In this document: positions 1-10,501 of the stretch, piece after piece
How positions within the stretch are numbered: position 1 is the stretch's first letter
Layout: every line of letters begins with the position of its first letter
Assembly (NCBI GenBank): GCA_965644315.1
Contig: CBFFRQ010000030.1
Coordinates: 186,001-250,000, forward strand
Source of the DNA: Caecitellus pseudoparvulus
Taxonomy: Eukaryota; Protista; Bigyra: Bicosoecida
DNA: 64,000 nt
Direction of reading: 5' to 3'
Position numbers and translations under genes: made by a program
The notes under the pieces: generated by a model
What the model was told of the DNA's origin: nothing
What the model saw: the letters and a program-made list of their open reading frames with translations, nothing else
Databases searched by the model: none

Positions 1-3000
1 TCCTCAGGCCCCTCCAGCACAGTCGTGAGCCCGCTCGCTGACCCCTCTGCCAGCGAGGCCTGGGGGGAGACAGGCCACGGCACGGGCGGAGGCAGTGCTG
101 CCGGGAAGGGCAAGGCATCTGGTGCCGCTGGCGGCAGTGGCGGTGGCTTCTTTGGCAGTGTCGCCTCGCGTGTCTTCGGCTCGTCGAGCGAGGGCAACCC
201 CTTCGAAGCGGCGGGTAGTCTGGCCCTACGAGGGTTCCCAGACATGCCCTGGTCCCCCGCTGCCCTGCGCATGCTGCGTGTGGCGCGGCAGTGGCTGCTG
301 CTGCTGCTCATGCACCCCAAGGGGCGGGAGCTGCTGCTGGAGCCAGCGGACCCCGCCGCCAAGCCCAAGGACTTCGCAAAGGAGCGGGCCAAGCACGGCT
401 ACGCGCCGGGTGACGCGCGACGTTTCATCGCGCAGATCCTGCTGGCGCTGCGGTACGAGGTGGGCAACACTGCCAACGTGAGCCTGTTCAAGCCGCTGGT
501 CATGCTGGACGACAGCCACTCCGATCCCAGCATCATGGCACCGCCCAAGGCCACCGTGAGCCGGGGCGCCAAGGGCATGCGGGAGTGGGAGGAGGAGGCC
601 TGTGCCAAGTGCCCGTCACCCTTCGCCTGGTCGCGCTTCTCACTCGTCGCGGGGCGCGAGCTGCTGGCGCTGGTGGGCGTCCTGACCTCCTGCAAGCAGG
701 GCATCGCCATCCTGCACGAGCTGGACAAGGCGGGCTTTGACGTGGAGGCGCAAGAGGTGGGCGGGGCAGGGGAGGGCGGCGGCCCAGTGCCCCCCCCTGC
801 ACACCCCTCCCATGGCGAGGGCGTGGAGGAGGAGGCGGAGGAGGGCGCTCGCCCCACCTCTACCTCCCGCCCCCGCCCCAGCATGCACAGCACCGAGCTG
901 GCCACCTATGAGAGCAAGGCCATGACGTCCTTCCGCCGCAAGACCATGCGGTCCAGCCATGCAGCCATGGACCTGACTGGCACCAGCGCTGCCACGGGGG
1001 GGTCGTCTGCCCCCGTCAGCAGTGCCGACAGCACACCTGCTCCATCCCCCGCCTCGACGCCACACCGGCCCTCAGCCGACGCACGCCGCATGTCCAGTGT
1101 CAGCGTCGCCAGCCGGGGCAAGGGGCGTGTGCGCAGCCTCAGCACGCTCATGGCGCCGGGAGCTGTGGTGCTGGGACCCGGCAGTCGCTCCACATCCACC
1201 CTCAGCATCGCGTCCGAGGGCCGCGAGGCGCGCTCCACCACTGGCTTCTTTTCCCACCTGTACCGGACCGGTGGTGGCAGTGGCGCGCCGACGCCGGGGC
1301 GGGACAACCTCGTCGCCCCCCGAGACGCCGACGCCATCGGGCGCATCTTGCTGCCCGCTGCCCGACACCGCTCCAAGGACTACCTGTCCCGCGCAGTGCT
1401 GTCGTACGTGGACTACGACAGGGCCGGCGCCGCCGGTCGTCTGCTCATCAGTACCTGGGCGGCATCCCGGGCCGCCTCCCCCTCGTTGCGCCTGTACGCG
1501 GTGGCCTACACCCGTGTCCTCCTGCGGCAGGGCTGCCCGGGCTGGTCCTCCTGGGCTGTGGACACGCTGGTCACAGCCATGCACCTGCGCCTGGACGCGC
1601 CACACCTCGCCGCCGCCGCGCTCAGCGTGCTGACCGAGGCTGCCGCGACGGCAGAGGTGTACCGCCGCGCCATCGTCGCCCGGCGGCCGCCAGTGCAGGA
1701 CTTCCCGCCCAGTGAGGTGTACCCGCTCCTTCTGCACCTCGTGTCTGAGCCGGAGGGCATGCTGCTGGCGGCGCAGTGCGGCATGCTGGGCAGCCTCATG
1801 CAGGCCTGGCTGGGCACGGAGCACGTGCGGTGGGCGGCTGAGGCGGAGGCTGCCCTGGCGTCAGGCCTCACCAGCGACGCTGCCTGGTGGGCACAGGCGG
1901 CCGAACCTGCCCGCCTGCCGCATGCCGCGGACCCCACCGCTGCGGGCTCTGCCCATGCAGCGCTGGCGGCCCAGGCAGCCCACGCCATGGCAGCGCATGC
2001 CACGGCCCTGCCCCACGCCAAGCAGGGGGGGCAGGTGCAGTCCACCGGCGTGCCTGGGCAGACGCCCCTCCCCCCTGCGCCCCCCACGGCTGAGCCGGAG
2101 ACGGCTGAGCACGTGGCAGTGCACGGCGTGTACCCGCGCAGCAGCGAGGGGGTGCCGTACACGCCCCCGCCACCCCCCTCCACTGCCTGGCTGGGCAGGG
2201 GTGGCAGTGCCCGGGGCAGCACCCCCCCACCGCCCGACGTGCCCAGTGCCACCCACCGCCCCCTGCTCACGCCCATCATCCTGCCTCAGTGCGCCAACAG
2301 CAATGGCGCCGGCGCAGCGGCCAGGGGCGGGGATGGCGTGGACCTGTGGACGCTGCACGCCCTGCCGTGGCGGGTGGAGGTGTGGGCGGAGTGGTCCCGG
2401 GGCGTACCTGGTGCCCCCCCCACGTCCACCACTGGAGCAGGCAAGGCAAGCGACCTGGTGCGCATCCGCCTGGCCTGTGACACGTTCGTGGACAGCTCGG
2501 GGTACAGCCCAGAGGCCGGCACAGTGCCCGGTGGCGCCCCCTCCAGCGGCCCCGTCGTGCGTGCAGTGGTGTGCAATGCGCAGGGCAGTCCCCACCCCGC
2601 CGAGGTGCCGCCCCACGCGAAGCTGTATGCTGCACTGTTCGTGGGGCCCACCGCCATGAACCACGTGGTGGGGGACATCCCCTTCGCCCCCGGCACCCCC
2701 CGCTCCAGCAGCCACACCCACAACTCCGACATCGCCGCTGTGCAGATGGGCCGGGCGTGGTTCGCGCCGCCCGGCACGAAGCAGGTGGACGACGCCCGCC
2801 TGCACGCGTGGCGGCGGCGGGTGGGGGCGGCGCGCCCCTCGCCGTTCGGTGGGCAGGGGGACAAGGCCGCCGACCTGTCCAGCAGCCACATCCGCGGCCT
2901 GGACCGCATGCAGGGCGTGCAGCGCGTGGGCAAGCTGCGCCAGGAGGGGGCGGAGGAGGCGGATGAGGCCCCCCGCAGTGCTGCGGAGGCCGCCGCCCTG

Positions 3001-5247
3001 GTGGCCCGAGCGCAGGCGGGCTGGCGCCTGGACACGGCGGCGGACCTGGGCAGCGTCTTCGCGTCCCTGGATGCGGAGGGCCCCGGGACGGCGGGTGTCC
3101 CCCGGGCCCTCGTGCTGCCCAAGGGCGTCGCGTCTGTGCTGGGTGTGGGCGCCGCCATGGGACCCGCCGGGCTGCCGCTCTTTGAGCCGCTCAAGCCGCT
3201 GACTGTGTCCACCGCCACGGCACGCTTGAAGAAGCGGCTGGAGGGTTTCAAGAAGGACGTGGAGAACGCCGTGGCGGCGCAGATGGGCGGCATCAACCTC
3301 CGGTCAGCGCACAGCTGGGCCGTGGCGACAGGCCTGTTGGGCGTAGCGGATGTGGCCCCCCCCAGCGCGTCAGGGGCCATGCTGGCGCTGTCCACGGGGG
3401 GTGTGCCCGCTGTGGCCGCCGCCAACCTCGTCGCGACACAGGCCTTCCGCGCGGCGCTGCTGCGCCACCTGGTCGCAGACGGCGACAGCGCGGCAGCTGT
3501 GGCAGCCCTGGCTGGCGTTCGGGGCACCCCGCACGACCTGCGCAACTCCGCCGCTGCCTCGCAACTGGATGCCGCCCTGCGTGTGGCTGGGGGCACCTTC
3601 ACCGTGCCGGAGCGTATTACGAACCGGAAGGAAGCTGAGGATGCGACGCGCATCGCGGCGTCTGTTGGCAGCTTCGCCGCCGCGTGGATGGTGTGTGTGG
3701 CGCAGGGTGCGGTGGATGTGCCCGCCGCCCCTGCACACCGCCCCTCCGCCGCGGCACGCCAACCCCCCCCCAACACCCCCTCCCCCGGCCCCACGGACAC
3801 CCCCGACGGCCCCCACACCGAATGCCCAGCGCCAGAGGAAGCACAGCCGAACCTCCTGCAGGTGCCCGGGTCCGCTGCACAGGAGCTGCAGGCAGCAGGA
3901 GAGGCAGTGTGGGGGGTGGGGTGCGGGGGCGACCCCCCCCAAACCCGGCGCGGCAGCACAGTGCCTGAGCCAGGGCACCCCTGTCTACCCACCCCCTGCT
4001 TCACCCGCACACCCCTGGGGGCCCATTGTGCTTACCACTTCACCACATCCCGCCTGTCCCCCGGCTCCATCCGCCTGCACTCGGTGGAGTTCCCCCTGGC
4101 AGTGCTGGGGAACAGCGGCGTGTCGCCACACCCGTCGGGCGGCCCCCCCGTCGCCACCACCTCCCGTGCTGCCCCAGCTGCAGTGGACGGCATGGGGTAT
4201 GCGCCCCTGCCCCTGCACCTGTACGGCGAGCTGACGAAGCACTCCGTGGGCCGGCGCACACTGCTGGCCTCAGGGCACCTCAGCGTCTTCATGGGCCGTG
4301 TCTGCGACGCAGGGTGCCCCCCCCTCTTGCGCCGGTCCGCACTGCTCAGCCTGGCTTCCGTGGCCAGCTCCCCCAAGGGCTACGCGCTGCTGTGCGACAG
4401 GGTGGCGCCGGACTTTCCCCTGCGCCTGGACGCGTTGGCGCGAGGCGCAGGGGGGGATTTGGCAGAGAAGGCGGCCCGCCTGCGTGCGTGCGCGACCCCA
4501 GATCGTGCCGCACGCGCCGCCGCCGCGGGAGGCCTCCGACCCCCCCCTCCCCCCCCCGCAGAGCAGTTTGCGCCGGGGACAGGCGAGCATGTGTCCCTGC
4601 GGGGGGCAGCCCTGCAAGCCATGTCCATGGTGGCGGGGCATGTGCGTGGTCGAACCGACCTGCGCGCCCTCGGCTGGGCCCGCGTCGTCGGCAGCGACCT
4701 GCCCTACGCCCCCGCCGTGCCGCTGCCTGGCAGCTGCACGCTGGACGACTTCTTCCGCCTGCCGGCCATCCCACGGCAAGCCCGGGACACGCCGGCGGGG
4801 GCCTTTGCCACGACGCCGTGGGCACCCCCCCTCGCAGGGGGGGCAGGGGGGGCCCCCTCCACCACCCCCGTCCCAGCCCTCAGCCCGGGCGAACTGCGGG
4901 TGGGGGACGGCCCTGTGCAGCACGACCCACACGCAGGCTTCACCAGCGCCATCCGGGCTGACGTGCCCACACAGGAGTGCGAGGAGGTGTTGGAGCAGGT
5001 GGCAGCCCTCAGCAACCGCATCGCCATGAAGGACTGCAAGCCAGCCCTGGTGGCGGCACGCAGGGGGCGCGCGCCGCTCTTCGCCCTGCCCTCCATGCTA
5101 TGGCGTGCCCACCACCTCCTGGCAGGCATGACGCACTCCCTGGGTGCTCGGCGGTTCGTGCACACGCTCTTTGACCGTGTCTCCATGTCGGAGCGCTACT
5201 GGCGCAACACCCTGCAGGCTGAGGCTGCCAAGCTGCAGCAGCAGTGA
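1..5247 (+). CDS. RICTOR: RICTOR/AVO3/Pianissimo (TORC2 subunit), 5'-partial
   Basis: Frame is open from base 1. Segments match Rictor blocks: DYLSRAVLSYVDYDRAG...LRLYAVAYTRVLLR, LPLHLYGELTKHSVG, LRRSALLSLASVASSPKGYALL, SLRGAALQAMSMVAG..G...L..LGW, and C-terminal EVLEQVAALSN...ARRFVHTLFD. Confidence 0.9.
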   Translation, partial: SSGPSSTVVSPLADPSASEAWGETGHGTGGGSAAGKGKASGAAGGSGGGFFGSVASRVFGSSSEGNPFEAAGSLALRGFPDMPWSPAALRMLRVARQWLLLLLMHPKGRELLLEPADPAAKPKDFAKERAKHGYAPGDARRFIAQILLALRYEVGNTANVSLFKPLVMLDDSHSDPSIMAPPKATVSRGAKGMREWEEEACAKCPSPFAWSRFSLVAGRELLALVGVLTSCKQGIAILHELDKAGFDVEAQEVGGAGEGGGPVPPPAHPSHGEGVEEEAEEGARPTSTSRPRPSMHSTELATYESKAMTSFRRKTMRSSHAAMDLTGTSAATGGSSAPVSSADSTPAPSPASTPHRPSADARRMSSVSVASRGKGRVRSLSTLMAPGAVVLGPGSRSTSTLSIASEGREARSTTGFFSHLYRTGGGSGAPTPGRDNLVAPRDADAIGRILLPAARHRSKDYLSRAVLSYVDYDRAGAAGRLLISTWAASRAASPSLRLYAVAYTRVLLRQGCPGWSSWAVDTLVTAMHLRLDAPHLAAAALSVLTEAAATAEVYRRAIVARRPPVQDFPPSEVYPLLLHLVSEPEGMLLAAQCGMLGSLMQAWLGTEHVRWAAEAEAALASGLTSDAAWWAQAAEPARLPHAADPTAAGSAHAALAAQAAHAMAAHATALPHAKQGGQVQSTGVPGQTPLPPAPPTAEPETAEHVAVHGVYPRSSEGVPYTPPPPPSTAWLGRGGSARGSTPPPPDVPSATHRPLLTPIILPQCANSNGAGAAARGGDGVDLWTLHALPWRVEVWAEWSRGVPGAPPTSTTGAGKASDLVRIRLACDTFVDSSGYSPEAGTVPGGAPSSGPVVRAVVCNAQGSPHPAEVPPHAKLYAALFVGPTAMNHVVGDIPFAPGTPRSSSHTHNSDIAAVQMGRAWFAPPGTKQVDDARLHAWRRRVGAARPSPFGGQGDKAADLSSSHIRGLDRMQGVQRVGKLRQEGAEEADEAPRSAAEAAALVARAQAGWRLDTAADLGSVFASLDAEGPGTAGVPRALVLPKGVASVLGVGAAMGPAGLPLFEPLKPLTVSTATARLKKRLEGFKKDVENAVAAQMGGINLRSAHSWAVATGLLGVADVAPPSASGAMLALSTGGVPAVAAANLVATQAFRAALLRHLVADGDSAAAVAALAGVRGTPHDLRNSAAASQLDAALRVAGGTFTVPERITNRKEAEDATRIAASVGSFAAAWMVCVAQGAVDVPAAPAHRPSAAARQPPPNTPSPGPTDTPDGPHTECPAPEEAQPNLLQVPGSAAQELQAAGEAVWGVGCGGDPPQTRRGSTVPEPGHPCLPTPCFTRTPLGAHCAYHFTTSRLSPGSIRLHSVEFPLAVLGNSGVSPHPSGGPPVATTSRAAPAAVDGMGYAPLPLHLYGELTKHSVGRRTLLASGHLSVFMGRVCDAGCPPLLRRSALLSLASVASSPKGYALLCDRVAPDFPLRLDALARGAGGDLAEKAARLRACATPDRAARAAAAGGLRPPPPPPAEQFAPGTGEHVSLRGAALQAMSMVAGHVRGRTDLRALGWARVVGSDLPYAPAVPLPGSCTLDDFFRLPAIPRQARDTPAGAFATTPWAPPLAGGAGGAPSTTPVPALSPGELRVGDGPVQHDPHAGFTSAIRADVPTQECEEVLEQVAALSNRIAMKDCKPALVAARRGRAPLFALPSMLWRAHHLLAGMTHSLGARRFVHTLFDRVSMSERYWRNTLQAEAAKLQQQ

Positions 5248-5390
5248 CGACTGCCCCCCACAATACACCAAACTGTTCCAAACTTCTTGCGTGTCAGGAG
5301 CTGCGTCGTTCGTGCGCACCGCCTGCGCACACCACGGCAAGGGTGGGACAGCAGAGCAACGCCAGCGAAACGCTCACACAACTGCGCAGG

Positions 5391-6515
5391 ATGGCTGACT
5401 CGTACCAATCCATCCGCATCGGCGGCGGGGCGCTGTCACACGGCCGGCCGGACCTCGTTGATGGGGGTGGGGAGGAACTCCCTGGCGTCTTCTCCATGGG
5501 CGGGCAGTACCGTGGCGCACGGGGCTCCGGGCACGTTTCTGCAGCTCGGCGCACCGCAGCGCCTGGCGCCCAGGCCCCGGCACAAGACCTGGAGCGCAGG
5601 TTCCGAAGTACCCCCACCTCCTCTCCCCCAGCCGCTCACCAGCCGTCCCTGGGCGGCCCCCCTCGCCGGGGTGTCGGCCGATCAGTCGTCAACGCCACCA
5701 CGGCCTCCACCCGAGCCAAGGCCGCCTCCACCCCCCGCCGCCCAGCCTCAGGGCGCTACCGTGTCTCACCCGTGCAGGAGTCCCCCAAAGTGAAGGCCGC
5801 TGCCGCGTCGGTGGCGCGCCGTGTCGCGGGGCGACCTGGACGTCACGCCACCGCCGCCGGCTCAGGCGGCGCTGGTGCCGCCACCGCCGCAGCCTCCGCA
5901 GCGCCTGGCCCGGGTCGCGGCAGCCCCAAGCGCCTCTCCCAGCAGCGCTTCAACCGCAAGGTGGCAGACCCCTTCGCGGCAGGCAAGGGCTCGCGCCGGG
6001 CGTCGCCGTTTGTGGAGGCGTACTCGGCGGGCTTCCCCGCCCGCCTGGCCCACACAGGCGCCCAGACCAAGCCTGCGCTGCGATGGGACAAGTCCGTCCT
6101 GAGCGTGGACATGGCGCACCTGCTGCCGCTGTGCGCTGGCGGACTCGTGGAGACCAGCCACCCCTATGCATTCGTCGCTCGCCAGGCCTTCCTGGAGCTG
6201 GTCGCGGCGCGACCTGCCGAGGTGCCCGCGCTCCTCCCCCTCCTCACACGCCCCCTGCGCGCAGCCCTGGGCAGCCGCGTCGACGGCGTCTTTGCTGGCG
6301 CGCTGTCCTGCCTCGTGGCGCTGTCCACCGCCACTGGGCCCGCCTTGACGGAGCACCTGCCCGGCCTGCTGTCGCCCCTGTCCGGTCGCATGCTCAAGGC
6401 CAAGTGGAAGGACGCCGTCACGAGCGCGCTGCAGACGCTGGAGCAGAACGGGGGCCCCGACGCCACGACCGCCATCAAGAAGAAAATACCCACGTACATG
6501 TCCATATTCTTCTAG
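5391..6515 (+). CDS. PACRG-like (parkin co-regulated family) protein with a low-complexity N-terminus
   Basis: C-terminal GLVETSHPYAFVARQAF...LTRPLRAAL...GPALTEHL...LQTLEQNGGPDATTAIKKKIPTY is typical of PACRG/PACRGL. First ATG in the ORF is at 5391. Confidence 0.85.
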   Translation: MADSYQSIRIGGGALSHGRPDLVDGGGEELPGVFSMGGQYRGARGSGHVSAARRTAAPGAQAPAQDLERRFRSTPTSSPPAAHQPSLGGPPRRGVGRSVVNATTASTRAKAASTPRRPASGRYRVSPVQESPKVKAAAASVARRVAGRPGRHATAAGSGGAGAATAAASAAPGPGRGSPKRLSQQRFNRKVADPFAAGKGSRRASPFVEAYSAGFPARLAHTGAQTKPALRWDKSVLSVDMAHLLPLCAGGLVETSHPYAFVARQAFLELVAARPAEVPALLPLLTRPLRAALGSRVDGVFAGALSCLVALSTATGPALTEHLPGLLSPLSGRMLKAKWKDAVTSALQTLEQNGGPDATTAIKKKIPTYMSIFF

Positions 6516-7824
6516 GGCGGACCCGCCCCCCTCCGCCGCAGCACGGCATCCGACTGAGCAATGTCGGCAACAGACCAGCCCTTCTCGCCCTCGTCCTCGC
6601 TCTCGTCTTCCTCTGCCACCTCTGGTCTTGCCCCCCCCTGCAACCAAGGCAGCATCTCCTCTGCCTCGACAGCCTCCTCGTCAGTCAGATCCCCCCCCAC
6701 CAGGCGCGAGCCAGGCCCAGGCGGCGGCAGCCCGTCACCCGCCCTCTCCGCCACACTCCGCCGCGCCAGGGCTGCCAGCACGTGCTGCCGCCGCGCCCGC
6801 TCAGCGGCGTACGACTCTGCTTCCCCCACATGCCCCACAATGCACAGCAGCGCCAGCACCAGCACCAGCAGCGTGAGTGTGGCCCCCAGCAGTGTAGCGT
6901 AGCCCAGCCCCAGCACCACCGTCTGCCCTGTGTACTCGCCCACCAGCGTGCTCTCGTACTGCGCCTGTGTTGCGACGCCGAGGCGCAGGAGAATGCCCAT
7001 CCACACCGCCTGCGCAGCCTCCAGCGCCGCCAGCACACCTGCTGCCCACGGCGCCAGTGACTCCGCCGTGGCCTCCCGCACACCCCTGCCTGCACGGGCC
7101 ACGCCAGAGAAGCAAGGGTCTGACGCGCTGCCGAGGGGGGCCAGTGCATCCACTGAGGCGACGGGCAGGCCCAGAGCCTGGCACGTCTGCTGTGCGAGGG
7201 CTGCCGTTAGCTCGGCGCCGAGGTCCAGGGGGGGGGCATCGGCGGGGGGGGGGGCAGGTCCTCCTCGCCAGCCACAGGGGGCTGCAGTGCGGCCATGCCA
7301 CCAGGTAGCACCTCGCCTGTCTGTCTGGGCTGCAACACGGCTGCCAGGCCGCCTGTCTGCCCCAGCAGCAGCTGCTGCAGGGGGGAGCACACCAGTTCGT
7401 GGGGGGTGCAGGGGTGCAAGCCCAGGAGGGCACCACCGCCCACTGCGCCCGCACTGGGCGGCGCGAAGAAGTCCTCCCGGCACGCAGAGAATATGCGCAT
7501 GCAGGTGGAGGGGCAGGCGCCCTTGACTCGCCCCGTACCAACCCACGGGTCGGCTGTGAAGCAGGCAGCTTCGCGCAGGGCGGACGCGCAAGGGGGGGAC
7601 ATGCCTGGGGAGCCTCGCCACAGCCGCATCACGGCCCCGAAGTGCGCTGGCATGCTCTCTGTGCTGTTAATGCACGTGTGCTTTTGAAAGGCAGCACAGG
7701 CGCCGCCTGGGAAGCGGGCCCTGCGGCTCACAGGCGGAAGGCCAGAACTAAGGCATGTGGCAGGCGCGCATGCCACCCCACCCACCAAGCAAGCTGCAGC
7801 GCTCAGCAGCAACCAGCCACGCAT
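6512..7824 (-). CDS. Folate-receptor-like Cys-rich membrane protein, frameshifted at a G11 homopolymer
   Basis: Signal peptide MRGWLLLSAAACLVGG and Cys pattern CASALREAACFTADPWVG..ACPSTCMRIFSACREDFF..PC....VC (ORF 7207..7824). It continues in another frame (GAELTAALAQQTCQALG...PCFSG, TM helix, acidic tail; ORF 6512..7621). The frame switch falls at the G run 7244-7254. Confidence 0.65.
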
Positions 7825-8147
7825 GCTGCCTGGATACTTTGATAGCTGAGCGGGTGCTCAAGGCAAGGCTGCCGGTCCACGTGCTTCTGGCAGCAGCCTG
7901 CGTGCAGCAGTGGATAGGCGATTTCCGCACCCAAACTAGGGACCGCACTCGCCTTCCAACCTTGGTAGATGGGAAGCAGAGAACATGCACGCGGCTAGCA
8001 CCAGGCAGAAAGCGTTCATACATTCAATTGTGCCATGGGTACCTCACCGCGGCAAGCTGCCAGCCAAAGCTGCGTGCAATGGGCGAGCGAAGGTGGCTGC
8101 GAGGTAAGATGCCACGCGCGCAGCCCGCCCAGCCGCGGGGGCCTGAG

Positions 8148-9102
8148 CTACCTGTCCATGGAGGGGCCGCGCTTGGCAACGTAACACTGCGAAGTTGGCG
8201 CTGACTCGCCTTTGCCGTCGCCGTCACTGGCCTCGCACTGCGGCGTGGTCTCCTCCACAACAGCCTGCACGTCTCCAGGTGTGGCGTCCGGAGCGATGAA
8301 TGGAGTCAGAGGCAGCTCAGCCTCGAACATAGTGCCAGTTGGTGCACACAGAAAATCATACCCGCCACTCAGTGTGCCCGTCGCGCTGTCCAAGCCAACG
8401 CCGGAGAAGTACTCAAAGCACTGCCCTGGGTGCAGAACCGGCTGCTGGCCGACGACTCCAGGGCTGCCTGCCGGCACCGTCGACGCCAGGGCCCCATCAG
8501 CATTGTGAAAGTCCAGTCGTCTGTGCAAGAGCTGCACCACAGTGTCTCCTGGGAATTGCAAGGGTGGGCGGGGTCTGCGTGATTCTGCACCTCGCAATTT
8601 CCGCAACGCAAGCCTCACCTATGTTGTGCAGCCTCACGCGGTAGCAGAAGGGGTACGCCGCCTCCCCCAGGGACACTGGCGCATCGTCCCCCATGAAGGT
8701 CGTCGTCACGCTGACAAGCATGCCCTCGGTGACTGCTTCCCGCGAGCAGCTGCTGCTCTGGCGTTGCTCTTGCAGGCGCCTCAGCGCAGCGAAGCCCGAG
8801 TTCAGAGACCCCTGCGGCTCCCGAAAGCAGGCCCGCACGAGGCGCAGCAAGGTGCCTTGGGGCAGGTACTCGTCTGGCAGCCCCTCCACCTCGGCTGCCA
8901 CACTGTCGGGCAGCGACAGCCCAAGTTCCTCCAGCACACTCTGCACGTGCATGCCGCCGCCGCAGCCAGTCCGAATGTACCCGAACGAGCCGAACTTCGA
9001 GACGCTCACAGGGGGCACCCCTGTCACACCACCCTCCTTCACTTGGTGCATGAGAGCTCGGTACAGAGCACGCACCACGCGTGCCTGCCCCTTGCCAGCC
9101 AT
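8148..9102 (-). CDS. ApaG-domain protein, 2 exons
   Basis: YPFCYRVRLHNIG joined across intron 8549-8618 (GTGAGG...CCCAG) to DTVVQLLHRRLDF...GVVGQQPVLHPGQCFEYFSG...GTLSGGY, the ApaG signature. Confidence 0.85.
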
Positions 9103-9293
9103 GGCTTTCTGTGCAACACGCCGCCTGGCGCCAAAACGGACACACCCACAAACCCGTACTCGCCTAATCACTGCGAGCCGGGCACGATGCACAAAGTGCA
9201 GTGCAGCGAAGGTCTCTCGCCACGTTGTCTCCTCCTGGGTCATTTGTAGTTTGTCGGGGCGACGGCACTTGCTGCTCAACTTCCGCACTCGCC

Positions 9294-10454
9294 ATGGCAA
9301 CGCCGGCTGCCCCGCTGACCTGGGAAAGCCTCACACAGGGCCTCTTTGAGCGTGGGTGGGAGGGCGGCTTCAAGGCGATGCTGAGATTCGCAGAGAAGAA
9401 GGGTAAGAGCGCCATGCTGCAGACCTCGCCTCCTGTGCACGGCCTTCCCCTGCGTCCCTGGCCAGAGTCCGAGACCACCTTGCAAGCTTGCCTGGATCAA
9501 GCCACGTTTGGGAGACCACGAAGGCCCTTTTCATCCACCATCCTCAGCAAGTCATTCGTCTGGTGCGAGTCAGCCGCTCCTCGTGCGGAATCGAGAGCTC
9601 CAGCGCCTCGAGCGCCAGCTCCAGCCTCGAAAGCTCCACCACCAGCGCCTCGAGCACCAGCCCCAAAGAGCTCAGCAACGGCGCCAGCTCCAGCTGCGCC
9701 CTCTGTCCCCCCATCCCGGAAGCGTCCTCGGCAGCAGGCGCCTCAACCCGCACGGCCAACCCCACGCCAAGCCGCACCTCCTGCGCCCAAGCGGGGCAGG
9801 CGAGCAGCTCCAGCAGCCAGCGTGCAGGAGCCAGGGCCAAGGGCAGCAGCTGCACCTACCACGCCCGCCATACCAGCCGGTGCCCATGCGAGTGGGAGCT
9901 CGACGCAGCACGTACCGGCTCACAGACCGGCGGACCTACCTCAGCTGACTCCAGAGAAGTCCAAGTTGCTGGCGAGGTCCATCAAACTCGAACCCAGTGT
10001 GCAAGGGGAGGCCCTCACACCAGCATGCCGTGAAGCCCTGCGGAAGCTCTTCGCGTACAAGCCGTGTGGAGGAGAAAACCACTTCCGCCTGAAGATCAAC
10101 TCCAAGTGGGCTGAGCAGTACGCGCCAGACTACTTTCAGCACATCGAACAGCCCATGGACCTATCCACCATGCGCTCCAAAAGCAACGCAAAGGACCCAG
10201 CCAACCGCTACCAGTCCATCGTGGAGTTTGAGGCAGACCTGCGCCTCATCGGCACAAACGCAATCGCGTACAACGGAGGCGAGCACGACGTGGCGTACGC
10301 CGCAGTAGACCTCTTGAAGTACTTCAATGAGTCCGTCTTACCCAACATGCAACAGAGGGGCGCAGAGGCAGTGCTGGACGCCCAACTCAAAGAGCTGCAC
10401 ATGCGCGTGCAGCGCCAGCGAGCGCAGCACATGCGAGCCAGCGCAGGCCAGTGA
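9294..10454 (+). CDS. Bromodomain-containing protein
   Basis: APDYFQHIEQPMDLSTM...YQSIVEFEADLRLIGTNAIAYN, with the conserved Asn. A Pro/Ala-rich RAPAP linker precedes it. Confidence 0.9.
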   Translation: MATPAAPLTWESLTQGLFERGWEGGFKAMLRFAEKKGKSAMLQTSPPVHGLPLRPWPESETTLQACLDQATFGRPRRPFSSTILSKSFVWCESAAPRAESRAPAPRAPAPASKAPPPAPRAPAPKSSATAPAPAAPSVPPSRKRPRQQAPQPARPTPRQAAPPAPKRGRRAAPAASVQEPGPRAAAAPTTPAIPAGAHASGSSTQHVPAHRPADLPQLTPEKSKLLARSIKLEPSVQGEALTPACREALRKLFAYKPCGGENHFRLKINSKWAEQYAPDYFQHIEQPMDLSTMRSKSNAKDPANRYQSIVEFEADLRLIGTNAIAYNGGEHDVAYAAVDLLKYFNESVLPNMQQRGAEAVLDAQLKELHMRVQRQRAQHMRASAGQ

Positions 10455-10501
10455 GGGGCGGCGCCGGCCAGCGACAGAATGCATTGCTGTTTGTCCCACG
10501 C

